From Macrostomum lignano (lineage: Eukaryota), in NCBI GenBank assembly GCA_002269645.1, contig NIVC01002790.1, positions 62,001-126,000 on the forward strand: a stretch of 64,000 nucleotides of DNA, given 5' to 3'. The translations under genes and the position numbers were made by a program. The stretch's first letter is position 1. Every line of letters begins with the position of its first letter. The notes below the pieces were generated by a model. That model was not told where the DNA came from and did no database searches. It saw nothing but the letters and a program-made list of their open reading frames with translations. Of the stretch, positions 35,839 through 49,320 are shown one piece after another.

Positions 35839-38800
35839 AGGGCAAACTAAGTTGCATGGCCAGCATAATTTCAAAGGTTGCACTGTATACTTGAAATTTA
35901 CCCTGGCCTAGTAAAGAGAAAAGACCAAAAGGCCAAAGGAAAATAGAAGGCATAGCTTTAAATTTTGACTAAAATGTGCTCAGTTGGTGTTTCTATTATA
36001 AGCTAGGCCTACTTATTCAGGTGTTTGCCAAAAGCTAAGGCCAAGGGGAAAAAGACAACCTTCTTTTCCATGGCTTTAGATGTGTCTCTAGCAAACTTGC
36101 TACTACTAAAAGTAGGCCTAAAGAATGTTAAAAATTTGTTTAAATATTCAATAGTAGTAATAGTATTATACTAGCAATAGTTTTGCTTATAATAGGCCTA
36201 TCTTTTGTGTGGGACTATGTATGTAGTACTCAGTAGCCCCCTACCCTTTCTGCTTTAAAAAATTACAGCCCTCCCCTAATTTTCTATGTTTGAATTCCCC
36301 ATCTTCACTTCAGTAGGCCTAGGCAATACAATACTATCCTATAGCTATACAAAAAACCTTGGAATGGGTTGCAAGACTAAGACTTAATGTCTAGACTTAG
36401 AGTCTGATTTAATTTGAAGAATCAGACTATGAAGTTATTGATTTATGGCCTTGCAGTGCACTCGTGTGCGAGGCTGTCCGGTGAGGCTGTCCGGCTGGCG
36501 GTGGTGCACGTCGTCGTATAACAGTGGGGGCAGAGAAAAGAAAAAGGTTCGTTGTTTAATCGACCGGGTTTCAGTTCCAGTTCTCAAGTCGTACTTTAAA
36601 ATCCCGCCGTAACGGAATATGTTACAACACAAATTAAAACAAATGTTTACTGCTTTAAGATAAAATTGACATTTATGTTTTTAAAAATGAATAAAAGACT
36701 ATATTATTCAAACGTTTTCTTATTTTATTTATATTTTTAGGTAGAAACAAGTACTAAAATAGAGGCGAATATTCAAAAAACCACGGTTCGATCTCGGAAC
36801 TTGTGTCAGCTCGATCTATCTCATTATCGTTGTATGTGATAACGTGACGATAACGATATGAAGTAAAAACTCTTTTAAATATGATAAAAATAAAAAATTA
36901 ATATGTAGAATAGAATGAATAAACAAATAAACTAGTAGACATTTTTAAAAAATGTTTTGTTCTTTTTACACTTGATAAAGACAGTAGTTAACTACAATTA
37001 AGTTAACTACAATTACTTTGAACTCAAAAATAATGTGGTAAATGAATAAATTAACTAATAGCAATTCAAATAATAATTTTAATTGACGCCAAAAAATTCG
37101 TAAAAGTTTAAGTTCTTTATAAAACATGGGTTTTGAATATTACATGTGAAATAAAAGTATTGAGATAAAAACATAAGATAGGATACATGTAATTTATAAG
37201 ATTATGATGTTACTTCTCCAGAAGGATACATGTAATTGTCGTAAAAATTCTATCAATAACTTAATACAGTCAATACGTAAATTAATCCAATAGTACACCT
37301 TGAATGATTAATTGTAATTTCTCTGCAGACCTTACAAATCTAATTGATCAAATATTAAACATGTAAATATGTTGCACAATTAGATGTAATTCTTAGCTTG
37401 CATGTGATCAGGGGCGTGAGCGCGTCGCTATGGATTTTATGGTGGGGGACAAAGTCAAGAATTCTAAGTGACAAAATTCCTACATTATTTTTTATATCGG
37501 TGTTTGTAACACTCAATTTTTTTTGCCACACAGACACGATCCTTTTGTTCGCTTTTTCATAGCTTTCACTCAGGCCAGCTGGGGGGACATATGCACAGTT
37601 GTCCCGATGTTGGCCCCTGTCCCGCGTGGTGACGCGGGCCCTTACATGTGATTAATGCATTTAAAGGTACAATTTCGTAATGATGAGGACGTCCTCAAAT
37701 GAGGCTAAGAAATCAAATGAGGCTCCTTGGCAATCATTCATTTTATTACAAGTAATACAAGTAAATGCGCGAAATAGATATTTGTTGTTAAATGGTGGTC
37801 GGGTAGCCTAGGGGCTCCCGTGCGGATCAGCCCAAGGGAGCTGGGCTCTCTGCTGCTAGAGAACAGGGGCATCTACCAGGGGCATATAGCCCGAGCGGCC
37901 CAGATTGGGACCCCAGGAACAAGGCCTGGTAGAAATACCTTATTAGGGGCTACTAGCCCAAACCTATGGACTAAGACACCGCCAACCCATAGTGGAATCA
38001 GGGACGGTGCTACTATACGACCGAGTCCACCCAAGCCACCCCCCCCCCAACGACAAAGCCCGAGTGTGCGCGCGATAAATAGATATGGTACACGAAATTA
38101 ACGAATTCGACGATCGTCAGATTAACCTAACAGAGAAATATTCAAACTCAATGTTATAAATCAAAATGCTAAATATTATTTTTTGCATATTAGTAGTGCA
38201 AACAAGTGAATTAACAATGTGAACCAAGCATAATAAGAGTCTTGCGCTCAGCTTTGAGGGTATCTTTATAATTTTTCTTTTCACAACTGTATACATATAT
38301 GCATGTACATGTAGGTGTTGAAGAGAGATCGTTTTCTTGATTCACCCATGCTTTCCCGTACCATGCAGTTCAATAACTTTTTACGAGTAAGCGGCGTGCA
38401 GGTTATTATACTCATTTTCAGTCCCGCGACTCCCAGTCCTGATACATGTCATGTTCAAGCACCCTCCTAAAGCCCATTTATTTAAAGCGTACATCTACAT
38501 GTATTTTCTGCAAAAAAATGTTAGTATCTTCAGAGAGTCTCCTGTGTTGGTATTTTCGTTTTTCTGGCTCTCGTGTGTGACCGTAAATACAGTCAGTCGT
38601 TTACTGCGAGTTCTCAACTTATTTCATTGTACAATAATACCGCGAGATACACAGGTAGACATTTGTGTAATTGACTTAAATGACAGCCTGGACTTATCCC
38701 CATGCAAAGAATATAATACGCTACTACGTACATGTACGCTACTGCATGCAAGATACCTTGATACGCGCTTGAATTTTTAATACGTAATCTTTGTATGCCT

Positions 38801-40194
38801 GAAAATAGGAACATGAAGACTTAAAAAAAGGGGGCTGCATCTTGGAGAAAATTCACTTTGCCCCAATTGCAATTTTTTAGTCCCCACTAAAGAGAGACAG
38901 CCACCCTCTAGTGGTTGCGTCACTGCCTTATAAATCTTAGCCCCTCAAAATATCAACTCTGCATGATACGCTTAGTTTGATGCTCACAGCAAATTCTCAG
39001 GCTAATGTGTTCCACGTTTTCTAAAATTATTAAAATTTTAGGTAGGCATTAATACAATTTAACTGAGTTTTTTACGCCTTGTTATGCACAATTTGAAGTT
39101 TAGAGAGCTGCTGGTTTTCATTTTTCAATCATAACGACGAACAAAATCAAAATCGACAACGCTTTACGCATAAGTTGTCAGAAAACAACAAAACAAAAAC
39201 TATATTTGGTAGGCTAAACACAGTAAACAAATAGATAGCAATAGCTTCTGCAAATCAGATTTTTGGATTAATTAGTTACGTACGCTGTCACAATGCTCCA
39301 CTGCTCTAAAAAGTAGTATACTAAGCACGTGTAAAACGTAACATGGCAAAAAATTCCCCTTTATTTTTGATAGATATGTGCCGGAACAAAAACATTTACA
39401 TACAAGCTACTACTCGTATAAGTAGAAAAGTTCGCAAACAAAAACATGTATTAAAGCTGGATAATTTGTTCTTAAAGAAAGAAAGAAATAAATAGATACA
39501 TGTTGCAGCATTCCAATTGCTTGGTTTTAACGGACACAAAAAGCAAAATGCGCACAGTTAAGAAGTTGAAATTGCATTGCATTAACAATTGAGCGATCAG
39601 AGAGCGAGCTGACTGATCAGGCCTTCAATCAATTGATCGCATTGAAGGAAAAATGGAGTATGTAGTAGTATGTCAGGCAACTGGACTAAAACTTTTATAC
39701 GGGCACAGAAAAATCTGTACACAAGTTTGCAGAAAAGTGTGTTGGTTTAACCATGATAAAATAGTAAAACTATTTGCCAACAGAGAAGTGCACACAGACG
39801 CCAAAAAAACCTGTTACATAATAGAGTTAGATAAAATGTTTAATGTCATAAAAGACATGAAATAGAATAGAATAAGAAATACAAATGATAAACTAAACAA
39901 TTTTTACAAGTAAACAGCAATGATTTTTTATTGAATTGCATCTTCATGAAATTTTTATTTCGCACTGTGACAAGCCCGTATCAGCAGAGAGAATAAAGGA
40001 TAGGAAAAAACACCGGAAAGACTGCAGTTCTGCGCATGAGAAAGATCAGGGCACACGAACGGTGCCCAATTCAAGTATTTGACACTGCAAATAGCAACAA
40101 TATTAACTGTGCATTGACTACTGTAAGTAACACGATGTAATCTGCTATCGTAGCAAAATTTCACGAGTTTTCTGAAAACATTAACTCGCTTACG

Positions 40195-41246
40195 GCGATT
40201 CTCAAAGAGAGATTGGAGGGCGATTCTCAGAGGGATTAGAGGGCTATTCTCAAAGAGAGATTGGAGGGCGATTCTCAGAGAGATTGGAGGGCGATTCTCA
40301 AAGAGAGATTGGAGGGCGATTCTCAAAGAGAGATTGGAGGGCGATTCTCAAAGAGAGATTGGAGGGCGATTCTCAAAGTGGGATTGGAGGGCGATTCTCA
40401 AAGAGAGATTGGAGGGCGATTCTCAAAGTGGGATTGGAGGGCGATTCTCAAAGAGAGATTGGAGGGCGATTCTCAAAGAGAGATTGGAGGGCGATTCTCA
40501 AAGAGAGATTGGAGGGCGATTCTCAAAGAGATTGGAGGGCGATTCTCAAAGTGGGATTGGAGGGCGATTCTCAGAGAGATTGGAGGGCGATTCTCAGAGA
40601 GATTGGAGGCCGATTCTCAGAGGGATTGGAGGGCGATTCTCAAAGAGGGATTGGAGGGCGATTCTCAAAGAGAGATTGGAGGGCGATTCTCAGAGGGATT
40701 AGAGGGCTATTCTCAAAGAGAGATTGGAGGGCGATTCTCAGAGAGATTGGAGGGCGATTCTCAGAGGGATTAGAGGGCGATTCTCAGAGAGATTGGAGGG
40801 CGATTCTCAGAGGGATTAGAGGGCGATTCTCAAAGAGAGATTGGAGGGCGATTCTCAGAGGGATTGGAGGGCGATTCTCAAAGAGAGATTGGAGGGCGAT
40901 TCTCAAAGAGGGATTGGAGGGCGATTCTCAGAGGGATTGGACGGCGATTCTCAAAGAGAGATTGGAGGGCGATTCTCAAAGAGAGATTGGAGGGCGATTC
41001 TCAAAGAGAGATTGGAGGGCGATTCTCAGAGAGATTGGAGGGCGATTCTCAAAGAGAGATTGGAGGGCGATTTTCAAAGAGGGATTGGAGGGCGATTCTC
41101 AAAGTGGGATTGGAGGGCGATTCTCAAAGAGGGATTGGAGGGCGATTCTCAGAGAGATTGGAGGGCGATTCTCAAAGAGGGATTGGAGGGCGATTCTCAA
41201 AGAGGGATTGGAGGGCGATTCTCAAAGAGGGATTGGAGGGCGATTA
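40195..41246. repeat. Minisatellite, 23/25-bp unit GATTGGAGGGCGATTCTCA(AA)GAGA
   Basis: About 43 tandem copies. Confidence 0.95.
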
Positions 41247-41279
41247 TCTTATTATCAAAGTTCTCTCTGTCTCTATTTT

Positions 41280-41524
41280 TCACTTTCTATTAGGCAGAGT
41301 TGACGCCATAGCTCGACCCTGACCTCTGCTGCTGGCTTGTTGCAGAAGCGGCTGCTGCTGCTGTTGCTGATACCTGACATCTATCATCATTGGCCTGTGC
41401 TGTTGAAGATTCGGTTGATACTGCGGACTATTATAGTGCAGCTGATGATGCGGCTGAGGCTGCTGGAGATCCTGAGCTGCCGAGCTGTTGCCTCGATGAT
41501 GCGCTTTCGATAGTCGAGCGGATG
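41280..41524 (-). CDS. Candidate alternative terminal exon of casein kinase 1 (Q-rich, ~80 aa)
   Basis: Acceptor TTATCCAG at 41525, in the same phase (1) as the exon 3 donor. Open for 80 codons (SARLSKAHH...QQQQQQPLLQQ...TLPNRK) to TGA at 41280-41282. Confidence 0.5.
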
Positions 41525-41954
41525 CTGGATAATGAAGTTTTTGAGTGATTGCATTATAAATCGATTATATTATATGATTTATAGAAATAGACTACATTTA
41601 GAAACAGTAAAAAAGTTTACTAGGAAATAATTATTCAATCGGTTGTCTTTCACTCAGCTCTAGTCAGAGCAATATTAAATACAATATATTATTATTATTG
41701 CTAATAACACACTGTTCTCACATGTCGCATTATTTTCTATTCACAGGCGGAGGGATTTAAAAAACTTATTTTAAAAATCAAACATATTGTCCCGAACAGC
41801 AAACAATTGATTTGTTATTGTTTAAAGTGCAACTATAATCGATTTACTGCCACGGCTAACTCTGTTATTGACTGCAGCTTATTTGCAATAACTGCCCTGT
41901 TTGTGCTACGACTGGAGATTGTGGATCAACAATGAGTATCTTAACGGTCTGGTT

Positions 41955-42405
41955 GGCAGATCTGGAGTCTGGTATTTGGGACCTGGGATTTGTGATCTGG
42001 TATTTGGGACTTGGGATTTGTGATCTGGTATTTGGGACCTGGGATTTGTGATCTGGTATTTGGGACCTGGGATTTGTGATCTGGTATTTGGGACCTGGGA
42101 TTTGTGATCTGGGATTTGGGATCTGGCATTTAGGATCTAGCATTTGGGATCTGGCATTTGGGATCTAGCATTTGGGATCTGGCATTTGGGATCTAGCATT
42201 TGGGATCTGGCATTTGGGATCTGGGATCTGGCATTTGGGATCTGGGATTTATGATCTGAGATTTGGGATCTGGGATTTGGGATCTGGGATTTGGGATCTG
42301 GGATTTGGGATTTGGGATTCGAAATTTGGGATTTGAAATTTGGGATTTGGAATATGGGATTCAGGATTAGGATCTGGGATTTGAGATTTGAAATCTGGGA
42401 TTTTG
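41955..42405. repeat. Minisatellite of 7/14/28-bp units (TGGGATC/T)
   Basis: Read directly. Confidence 0.9.
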
Positions 42406-42641
42406 ATCTGTAAATTAGGCGAACAAAAGTTTCAGATCAATAAATATTACTGACTTGTTGACGCACCATTAGCAAGCTCAATTTTTGGAATTAAAAAAAC
42501 ACAGGATACATACATACGGAGATATTGCAACGAGCAATAATAATAGAAAATCACACTGTTCAAGTGTTTGATATTAAAACGGCCAATATATGCCAAGAAA
42601 GACGGGCGAACTGCTGGATGTCTATAGGATTTTTAAAACTG

Positions 42642-45600
42642 TCACGAGATTGGCGTTCCACCGAAGCCGCCAGCCATGTACATGCCGGGAGGCGGGATCG
42701 AGTCTGGCGCCAGCGCGCCTGACAGCGGAGGCGGCGGCGCGGCGCTGGCGCGCAATTGGCGCCGGACTTCGTAGTCGAGATAGTTCTGACCATACTGTTG
42801 CTGCTGCTGCAGCGGCAGCGGCGGCAAAGGTCGATAAACATTCCTTACTCCGCCGGCGTTGGAGTAAAAATTAGCAGTAGCAGCAGCAGCGGCAGAGGGA
42901 CCGGCTAAAGAGTGGCGGTGGGCAGCTTGCTGCTGCTGCTGCTGGGGAGAGAAGCCTATTGAAGATCGCAGATGGAAATCTTTTGGTAACTTTCAAATTT
43001 AACTACATGTACTGTTTTCGCTACTGGAAGTAGGCGATTGACGAAACTAACTTTTATTTAAATATGCATTTTATCAGTCATTAATTGATTTGAATAGAAT
43101 TAAGCAGTTAAACGAAAAGTAGTCGCATTGTTTTATTTCAACAAATCTTTTAAGTCGGGTTAAATTCAATACAATACGCTCGCAGTTTTAAGTACGTCAC
43201 CACTTCCTTGAGTCATAACCCTTCAGTGGGTCACCCCATTACCCCATGAGTCATGACCCTTCAGTGGGTCACCCCATTACCCCATGAGTCATGACCCTTC
43301 AGTGGGTCACCCGCTACCTCATGAGTCATGGGTTTCTGTGGGTCGCCCGCTACCCTATGAGTCATGGCCCTTTAGTAGGTCACCCCATGAGTCATGGCCC
43401 TTTAGTAGGTCACCCCATGAGTCATGGCCCTTTAGTAGGTCACCCCATGAGTCATGGCCCTTTAGTAGGTCACCCCATGAGTCATGGCCCTTTAGTGGGT
43501 CACCGCATTAGTCATGGCCCTTTAGTAGGTCACCCCATGAGTCATGGCCCTTTAGTGGGTCACCGCATTAGTCATGGTCTTTCAGTGCGTCACCCCACCA
43601 ACCCAATGAGTCATGACCCTTCAGTGGGTCACCCCACTACCCTATGACCCTTCAGTGGGTCACCCCACTACCCCTATGAGTCATGGCTCTTCAGTGGATC
43701 ACTGCGAGACCCAACCAAAATGTTGTTAAAACAAATCCTCAAGTAGACATAAGATTACAAAGTTTAGTAATTTAGTAAGATAAAAGTAAGATAAACAAAC
43801 TGAGCAGACTCATTTAATAATTCTGACTTACCTCCTACAGCCTGAGCAGAGTTGGCTGTTGCACCTGGAGCACCGGATCCTTGGCCTCCGATGGCCGCCG
43901 CCGCAGGCTGTCCGAACTTGAGCATATTCCAATCGAACACGTAATCGTAAGTGAATCCCTCTCGATGGAACAGATTCCTAAACAGCTGTCTAGAGTAGCT
44001 ATAATCCGGCTTATCTTCGAATCGCAGAGATCGACAATAATTCAAATAGGTGGCAAACTCTGCTTGATAATTCTGGCACAGAGTTTCAACTGGGGTTTGC
44101 ATCTTTTTCTCGCTAATCCGCTCGTACTTTTGACGCTTTGTAGCGGCTTTCAGACCCTGCCAGGGTAGGATACCGCGCAGGAAGTACATGAACACGTAGC
44201 CTAGGGACTCCATGTCGTCTCGGCGGGCTTGCTCTGCGAATGGGGTGAGATTTCGGAGGAGACTGTTGGATTATGGTAGGTGAGACTCTGGGTGAGACTG
44301 TTGGATTATGGTAGGTGAGACCTCGGGGGAGACTGTTGGATTATGGTAGGTGAGACTCTGGGTGAGACTGTTGGATTATGGTAGGTGAGACCTCGGAGGA
44401 GACTGTTGGATTATGGTAGGTGAGACTCTGGGTGAGACTGTTGGATTATGGTAGGTGAGACTCTGGGTGAGACTGTTGGATTATGGTAGGTGAGATTCCG
44501 GGTGAGATGTTGGATGATGGTGGGTGAGATTCCGGGTGAGAGACCACTAGATTTTGGAGTGAGATATTAGGTGAGAGACCACTAGATTCTGGGGTGAGAG
44601 ACTAGATTCTGAAGTGAGATTACGGGTGAGACTACTAGATTTTGGAATGAGATTACGGGTGAGACTACTAGATTTTGGAGTGAAATCAATCGGACACACT
44701 CACCAATGCCAAGATGGGTGTTAACGCTAGCATATCTGGCAGTTCCAGTGAGGTTCTTATTCTCCCTGTATGGAATGTGCTGGTGAGTCCTGGCGTCTCT
44801 GTACTTCTTGGCCAAACCAAAGTCGATGATGTACACCAGATTGCCTTTCTTACCGAGGCCCATGAGGAAGTTGTCCGGCTTAACGTCTCTGCGAGTGACA
44901 AAATAAGTAAATTGTCTGATTTTTATATTCTCGATATCAGCTACACATGGTACCTAGGAATTTGAACTCAAGAAAAAGTTAAAACGAAATCCATTCCTAA
45001 GGGTGCTTGGAATTCATTTCTAAACTGTGGTGTCTCAAAGGAGATTTTGATACCGAACTGAGTGGGATTCTAATCCCAAGATTCCCTATGATTCTTATCC
45101 TAAACTGGGATTCTGATCCTAAACTGGGATTCTGATCTCGAACTGGGATTCTGATCTCGAACTGGGATTCTGATCTCGAACTGGGATTCTGGTCTCAAAT
45201 TGGGATTCTGATCTCGAACTGGGATTCTGGTCTCAAACTGGGATTCTGGTCTCAAACTGGGATTCTGATCCTAGACCTAACCTGGGATTCTTATCCTAAA
45301 CTGGGATTCTGATCCTAAACTGAGATTCTGATCCTAAACTGGGATTCTGATCTTAACCTGGGATTCTGATCCTAACCTGGGATTCTGATCTTAACCTGGG
45401 ATTCTGATCCCAAACTGTGATTCTGATCCCAAACTGTGATTCCGATCCTAACCTGGGATTCTGATCCCAAACTGGGATTCTGATCCTAACCTGGGATTCT
45501 GATCCTAACCTGGGATTCTGATCCCAAACTGTGATTCTGATCCCAAACTGTGATTCTGATCCTAACCTGGGATTCTGATCCCAAATTAAGAAACTTCAAC

Positions 45601-46033
45601 AAACATAAACAGAATATCAATAATGAAAATCATGACTAAGCAGAATTTCTCACCTGTGAATGAAGTTCTTGCTGTGAATAAATTCAATTCGATTCAACAA
45701 CTGATCGGCCAACAACAGTACAGTCTTCAGTTTAAATTTTCTACCACAAAAGTTAAACAAATCTTCCAGACTGGGGCCCAGCAGCTCAAGCACCATCACA
45801 TTGTAGTCACCTTCTGTGCCGCACCATTTCACAACGGGCACGCCAACTCCGCCTTGCATGAGCTTGTAGATTTTGCTCTCAATGTGCAACTGAGGATGCT
45901 TAGTGCGCACGCACTCCAGCTTAATAGCAACCTCCTCCCCATTAGTAATATCAGTGCCCAAGTAGATGTCGCCAAATGAGCCGCTGCCAATCTTTCTACC
46001 CAGCCGGTATCTGTTGCCAACGCGTAGTTCCAT
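42642..46033 (-). CDS. CSNK1D/E: Casein kinase 1 delta/epsilon (doubletime-like), 4 coding exons, 426 aa
   Basis: Exons 46033-45654, 44888-44704, 44233-43832 and 42955-42642, all GT-AG with compatible phases (total 1281 nt). Motifs [56 protein letters not shown] and [13 protein letters not shown]. Exon 4 (low-complexity tail) is less certain than the kinase exons. Confidence 0.93.
43205..43690. repeat. ~30-bp minisatellite CCCCATGAGTCATGGCCCTTTAGTAGGTCA in CK1 intron 3
   Basis: Tandem copies; 12 TGAGTCA heptamers counted. Confidence 0.9.
44245..44690. repeat. 35-bp minisatellite GAGACTGTTGGATTATGGTAGGTGAGACTCTGGGT filling CK1 intron 2
   Basis: Seven well-conserved copies (44261-44505) followed by a degenerate related array. 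Confidence 0.9.
45095..45586. repeat. 19-bp minisatellite AACTGGGATTCTGATCCTA in CK1 intron 1
   Basis: Tandem copies. Confidence 0.92.
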
Positions 46034-47299
46034 ATATTAATTATGATTTAGCAGAGATTGACAAAGGTCGAATAGATGCAAACCTTCTAGGTTAGCTACT
46101 TGTGTACCTTATTAGTAGCAATTAGGGAGTTTTTCTACGAAAATATTCTTGTATCAACAAAATTTTAGTTGACTTTTTTGTCTGAAATGAAAAATCATTT
46201 AAATTAGGTTTTAGGCAATGTAATTTAAATGTAAGCTTTAAGTATCTTTTTGTACAAATTGCATTTTAGCCCTTTTTGCATTATTAGCTAATGAAAAAAT
46301 ATGAATACTGAGCCTGCATTAAATTTCCATCAAAAAAGGCTAGAGCCAATAGTCATCAAAGAGGAGATCAAGTCTGTATATTCTACATCTTCCTTCAGGA
46401 TAACCCCACAATTGATAGCTGGCTATTGGCACTAAATAGGAGAAAAATTGATAGTTGTTAAGCTCCTTGATAAGGATTGATAAATCTAATGGCCACAATT
46501 GCATACACTGTGGAATATCTCATCTAGGTCAATGAATAAGAGAGATCTTGCATTAAATCCTAGGGTACAATAATATTAATGCCTAATGAATATCCCAAAT
46601 GCTTTATAAGATCACAAGCAGAACTAGCTTAGCTCTTGCTAGCTCTATAATCAGATTTAAGAAACAAATCATAACTATAGCTAAGTGCTAGATCACTATT
46701 TGACCTTGAGTCTACACAAGACTCCATAGAGTAGCAATGCCTTAGAGAAGCCCCCCATACATGCGCAACCTCCAAAATTCGGTCGGCCATGCAACTTAGT
46801 CTTAACAAAAATGCGACGTAGTTTTTGGCCAAAAATGCGACTTACATGTAAAAAAACCCTAAAGCAAAATTAACGCTACTTTGGGTAAACGGCAAGAGTA
46901 ATTATGACTGTCTTATAAATCAAAATGCCTCGTCAGCTACTTAGTAGTACTACTTTAGTATTTTTTTGGGTGGGCATTTTTGCGACTTCTTTGATTGGCC
47001 GCCAAAATGCTCGGCCAGATTGGCTGACTTGGCCGACTGTTGCGCATGTATGAGGCCCCCTCCTACAAGTTCAAGCAGTCTGAGTCAACTGGCAAGATCT
47101 TGGGCTATTTCTTCTAGGACTATCAAGGGATCTTGATTTGGCAAATATTTACCCATAGGACATACCATTATAAATGTTTAATAGGCCAACTTTGTTAGGC
47201 AATTGTCTAGAAAAGGTGGGGGAAGCTAGCAAGCCTTGCTCTTTGCTACTCTACAACAATACCCCAACTTATAATGCCTAGGTTACAATGAATGCTATT

Positions 47300-47611
47300 A
47301 GCATTAATAATAATATATAATTGATTACACCTGTCCAATAGGCAGATGTGCAACCAACAGCTCAGTTGCAGCTGTTGCGCGGCACACCTGAAAGCTACAT
47401 ATGGCTGTTCAGTCCAAGGACTAGGGGGTCACCACACACACCCTCAATTACCCCAGCTAATGCTGGCACCCATTTTACAGCTGGGTGAACTAAAGCAATG
47501 CAGAGTTAAGTGTCTTGCTCAAGGACACAAATTGTTCCAGTGGGATCGGGAATCAAACCTCCAACCTTCAAGTTGTGAGTCTGACACTCTAACCACTAGG
47601 CTACAACCCCC
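47300..47611 (-). mobile_element. tRNA-derived SINE, copy 1
   Basis: Minus strand shows A-box TAGCCTAGTGGTTAGAG, B-box-like GGTTTGATTCC, central GTGTCCTTGAGCAAGACACTTAACTC...CAGCTGTAAAATGGG (CORE/V-SINE-like) and an AT-rich tail. Aligns closely by eye with 62821-63142. Confidence 0.8.
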
Positions 47612-49306
47612 TATTACTATTGCAAGGTTCAAAATCTTTTTCCCCCTCCTATGTAGCCTCTTTATTAGACCTAGATCTTTCCAATTTTCATAAGTTAAAA
47701 AAATTAAAAAAATAATAGACCAACCTTTGTTGATTACTTTTTTATATTTGGAACATTTTGAAATGTTAAATCTGATATTAACATTTGAAATATAAAATAA
47801 AAATGCTTAATTGAAAAAATATAGATATAGTACTAACTAGATATAAAAGCTTTAGACTTGCAATAATATAGTCATAGTTATTCTTACTATTACTCTAAAA
47901 TTGTTAATTTTGCTATTATCTTTGTTGTTAACTTTCTTAGGTAAATTTTTTTTTCATCAAAAAGTGAATTTCATGGCTAGGCCTAATATAAATCAAGTCA
48001 ATTGCACATGTATGAGTTTATGCACATGATATATATGTTTTATTTAGGAATATTTCAATAATCTAGAATAGACTAGGGTATAAACTAGATTAGACATAAA
48101 CTAGACCTAAACTAGATTAAAAACTAGATTAGATTAGAATTAGATTAGACTAGATTTCAAATCCAATTGAATTTGACTTAAAATTTTAACTAGAAAAACC
48201 TTGGAAAAAACCTTATGTATAGAAAACCTCTTATAAAAAACCTCATTATGGAAAAATCCTAGCAAGGAAATCTTAGTAAGAAAATATGATTAGGAAAACC
48301 TTGCTATAGCTTATAGCATATAGGAAAAACTTATGCAAGAAAACTTCATGGCAGAAAAGTTTGTGCGAGCAAAGCTTAATAGGAAAACTTTATATAGGAA
48401 ATTCTAATATACATACATTTTTAATAAATATAAAAAATATTTTTATAGATATAGAAAGCTAGGTTTTTGTATGTATAATATATAGCCTATATCCTATGGC
48501 ACCTTGAATTTTGAAATCTAGGCCCCCCTATGCTAAAATTAAAAAGTGGATACAGTTCAAGTGTAGTCTTATAACCAATTTTTCTAATTCATTTTAAGCC
48601 TTAGACCTATTTGCATTTGATTTAAAAATCTAGCAATATTATTTGGCAGTCATGGCTAATGACTAGACCTATGTTAATATCAAGTAATGTATAGCAGTAT
48701 AGGGGCCTAGTAGGCCTACAAATAACTTTTGTGATGAAAAAAATTGAATTGGAAGTGGGGTGGGTCAAATATAAAAAACAATGTAATTGTAGGTCTGGCT
48801 AGGCACAGTATTAAATGTAAAATTTGCATGTTGCAAACTGTGCTACACTAGGCCCTAACTATACTGTCCTGTAAGTCTGTAACCTGTTGTAAAATTTGGG
48901 CAGTCTGGCAGTAGCAGCCAGTGAGTCGGAGTCTGTCTGACTGCATCTGGCAGTCAGACTGTATAGCATGCATAGTCTCAACATTGCAGCTTTCTTTATT
49001 TCATCGAAAAATCGAAACTTCACAATGCACTAAAATACCGTTGGAAGAGATAGAGGATAGAGCCTCTGTAAGGTTCGGATAGGCCCCTCCTCTAGGCCTA
49101 TACTAATCACTGTGTTATTGTTGTGACTTAAAGATGTAAATCGATGACTTTGTTCGCTGATGAACAAAAAGCCTTTCTTACATACTGTGTTATTTTTACT
49201 CTAATTTTAAAAAGTAATTATACAGAAATGACAACAAATTCTACAATTTTTTTAAGGAAAATGTAGTTGGTTGTTTTCATAACAGTTTTTATTTGTTTTA
49301 CATCAT

Positions 49307-49320
49307 GTTTTCATAGCAAC
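49307..49320 (+). promoter_or_regulatory. RFX X-box upstream of CFAP52
   Basis: GTTTTCATAGCAAC matches the X-box consensus GTHNYY-AT-RRNAAC and ends 112 bp before the ATG of a ciliary gene. Confidence 0.7.

Noticed and set aside
37800-38100. GC-rich island with a 93-aa ORF and short GGGGCT direct repeats
   Set aside because: No termini, TSD, splice pattern or protein motif could be supported. It is probably a repeat fragment.
40261-41322. 339-aa and overlapping ORFs near the CK1 3' end
   Set aside because: They are translations of the 23/25-bp minisatellite.
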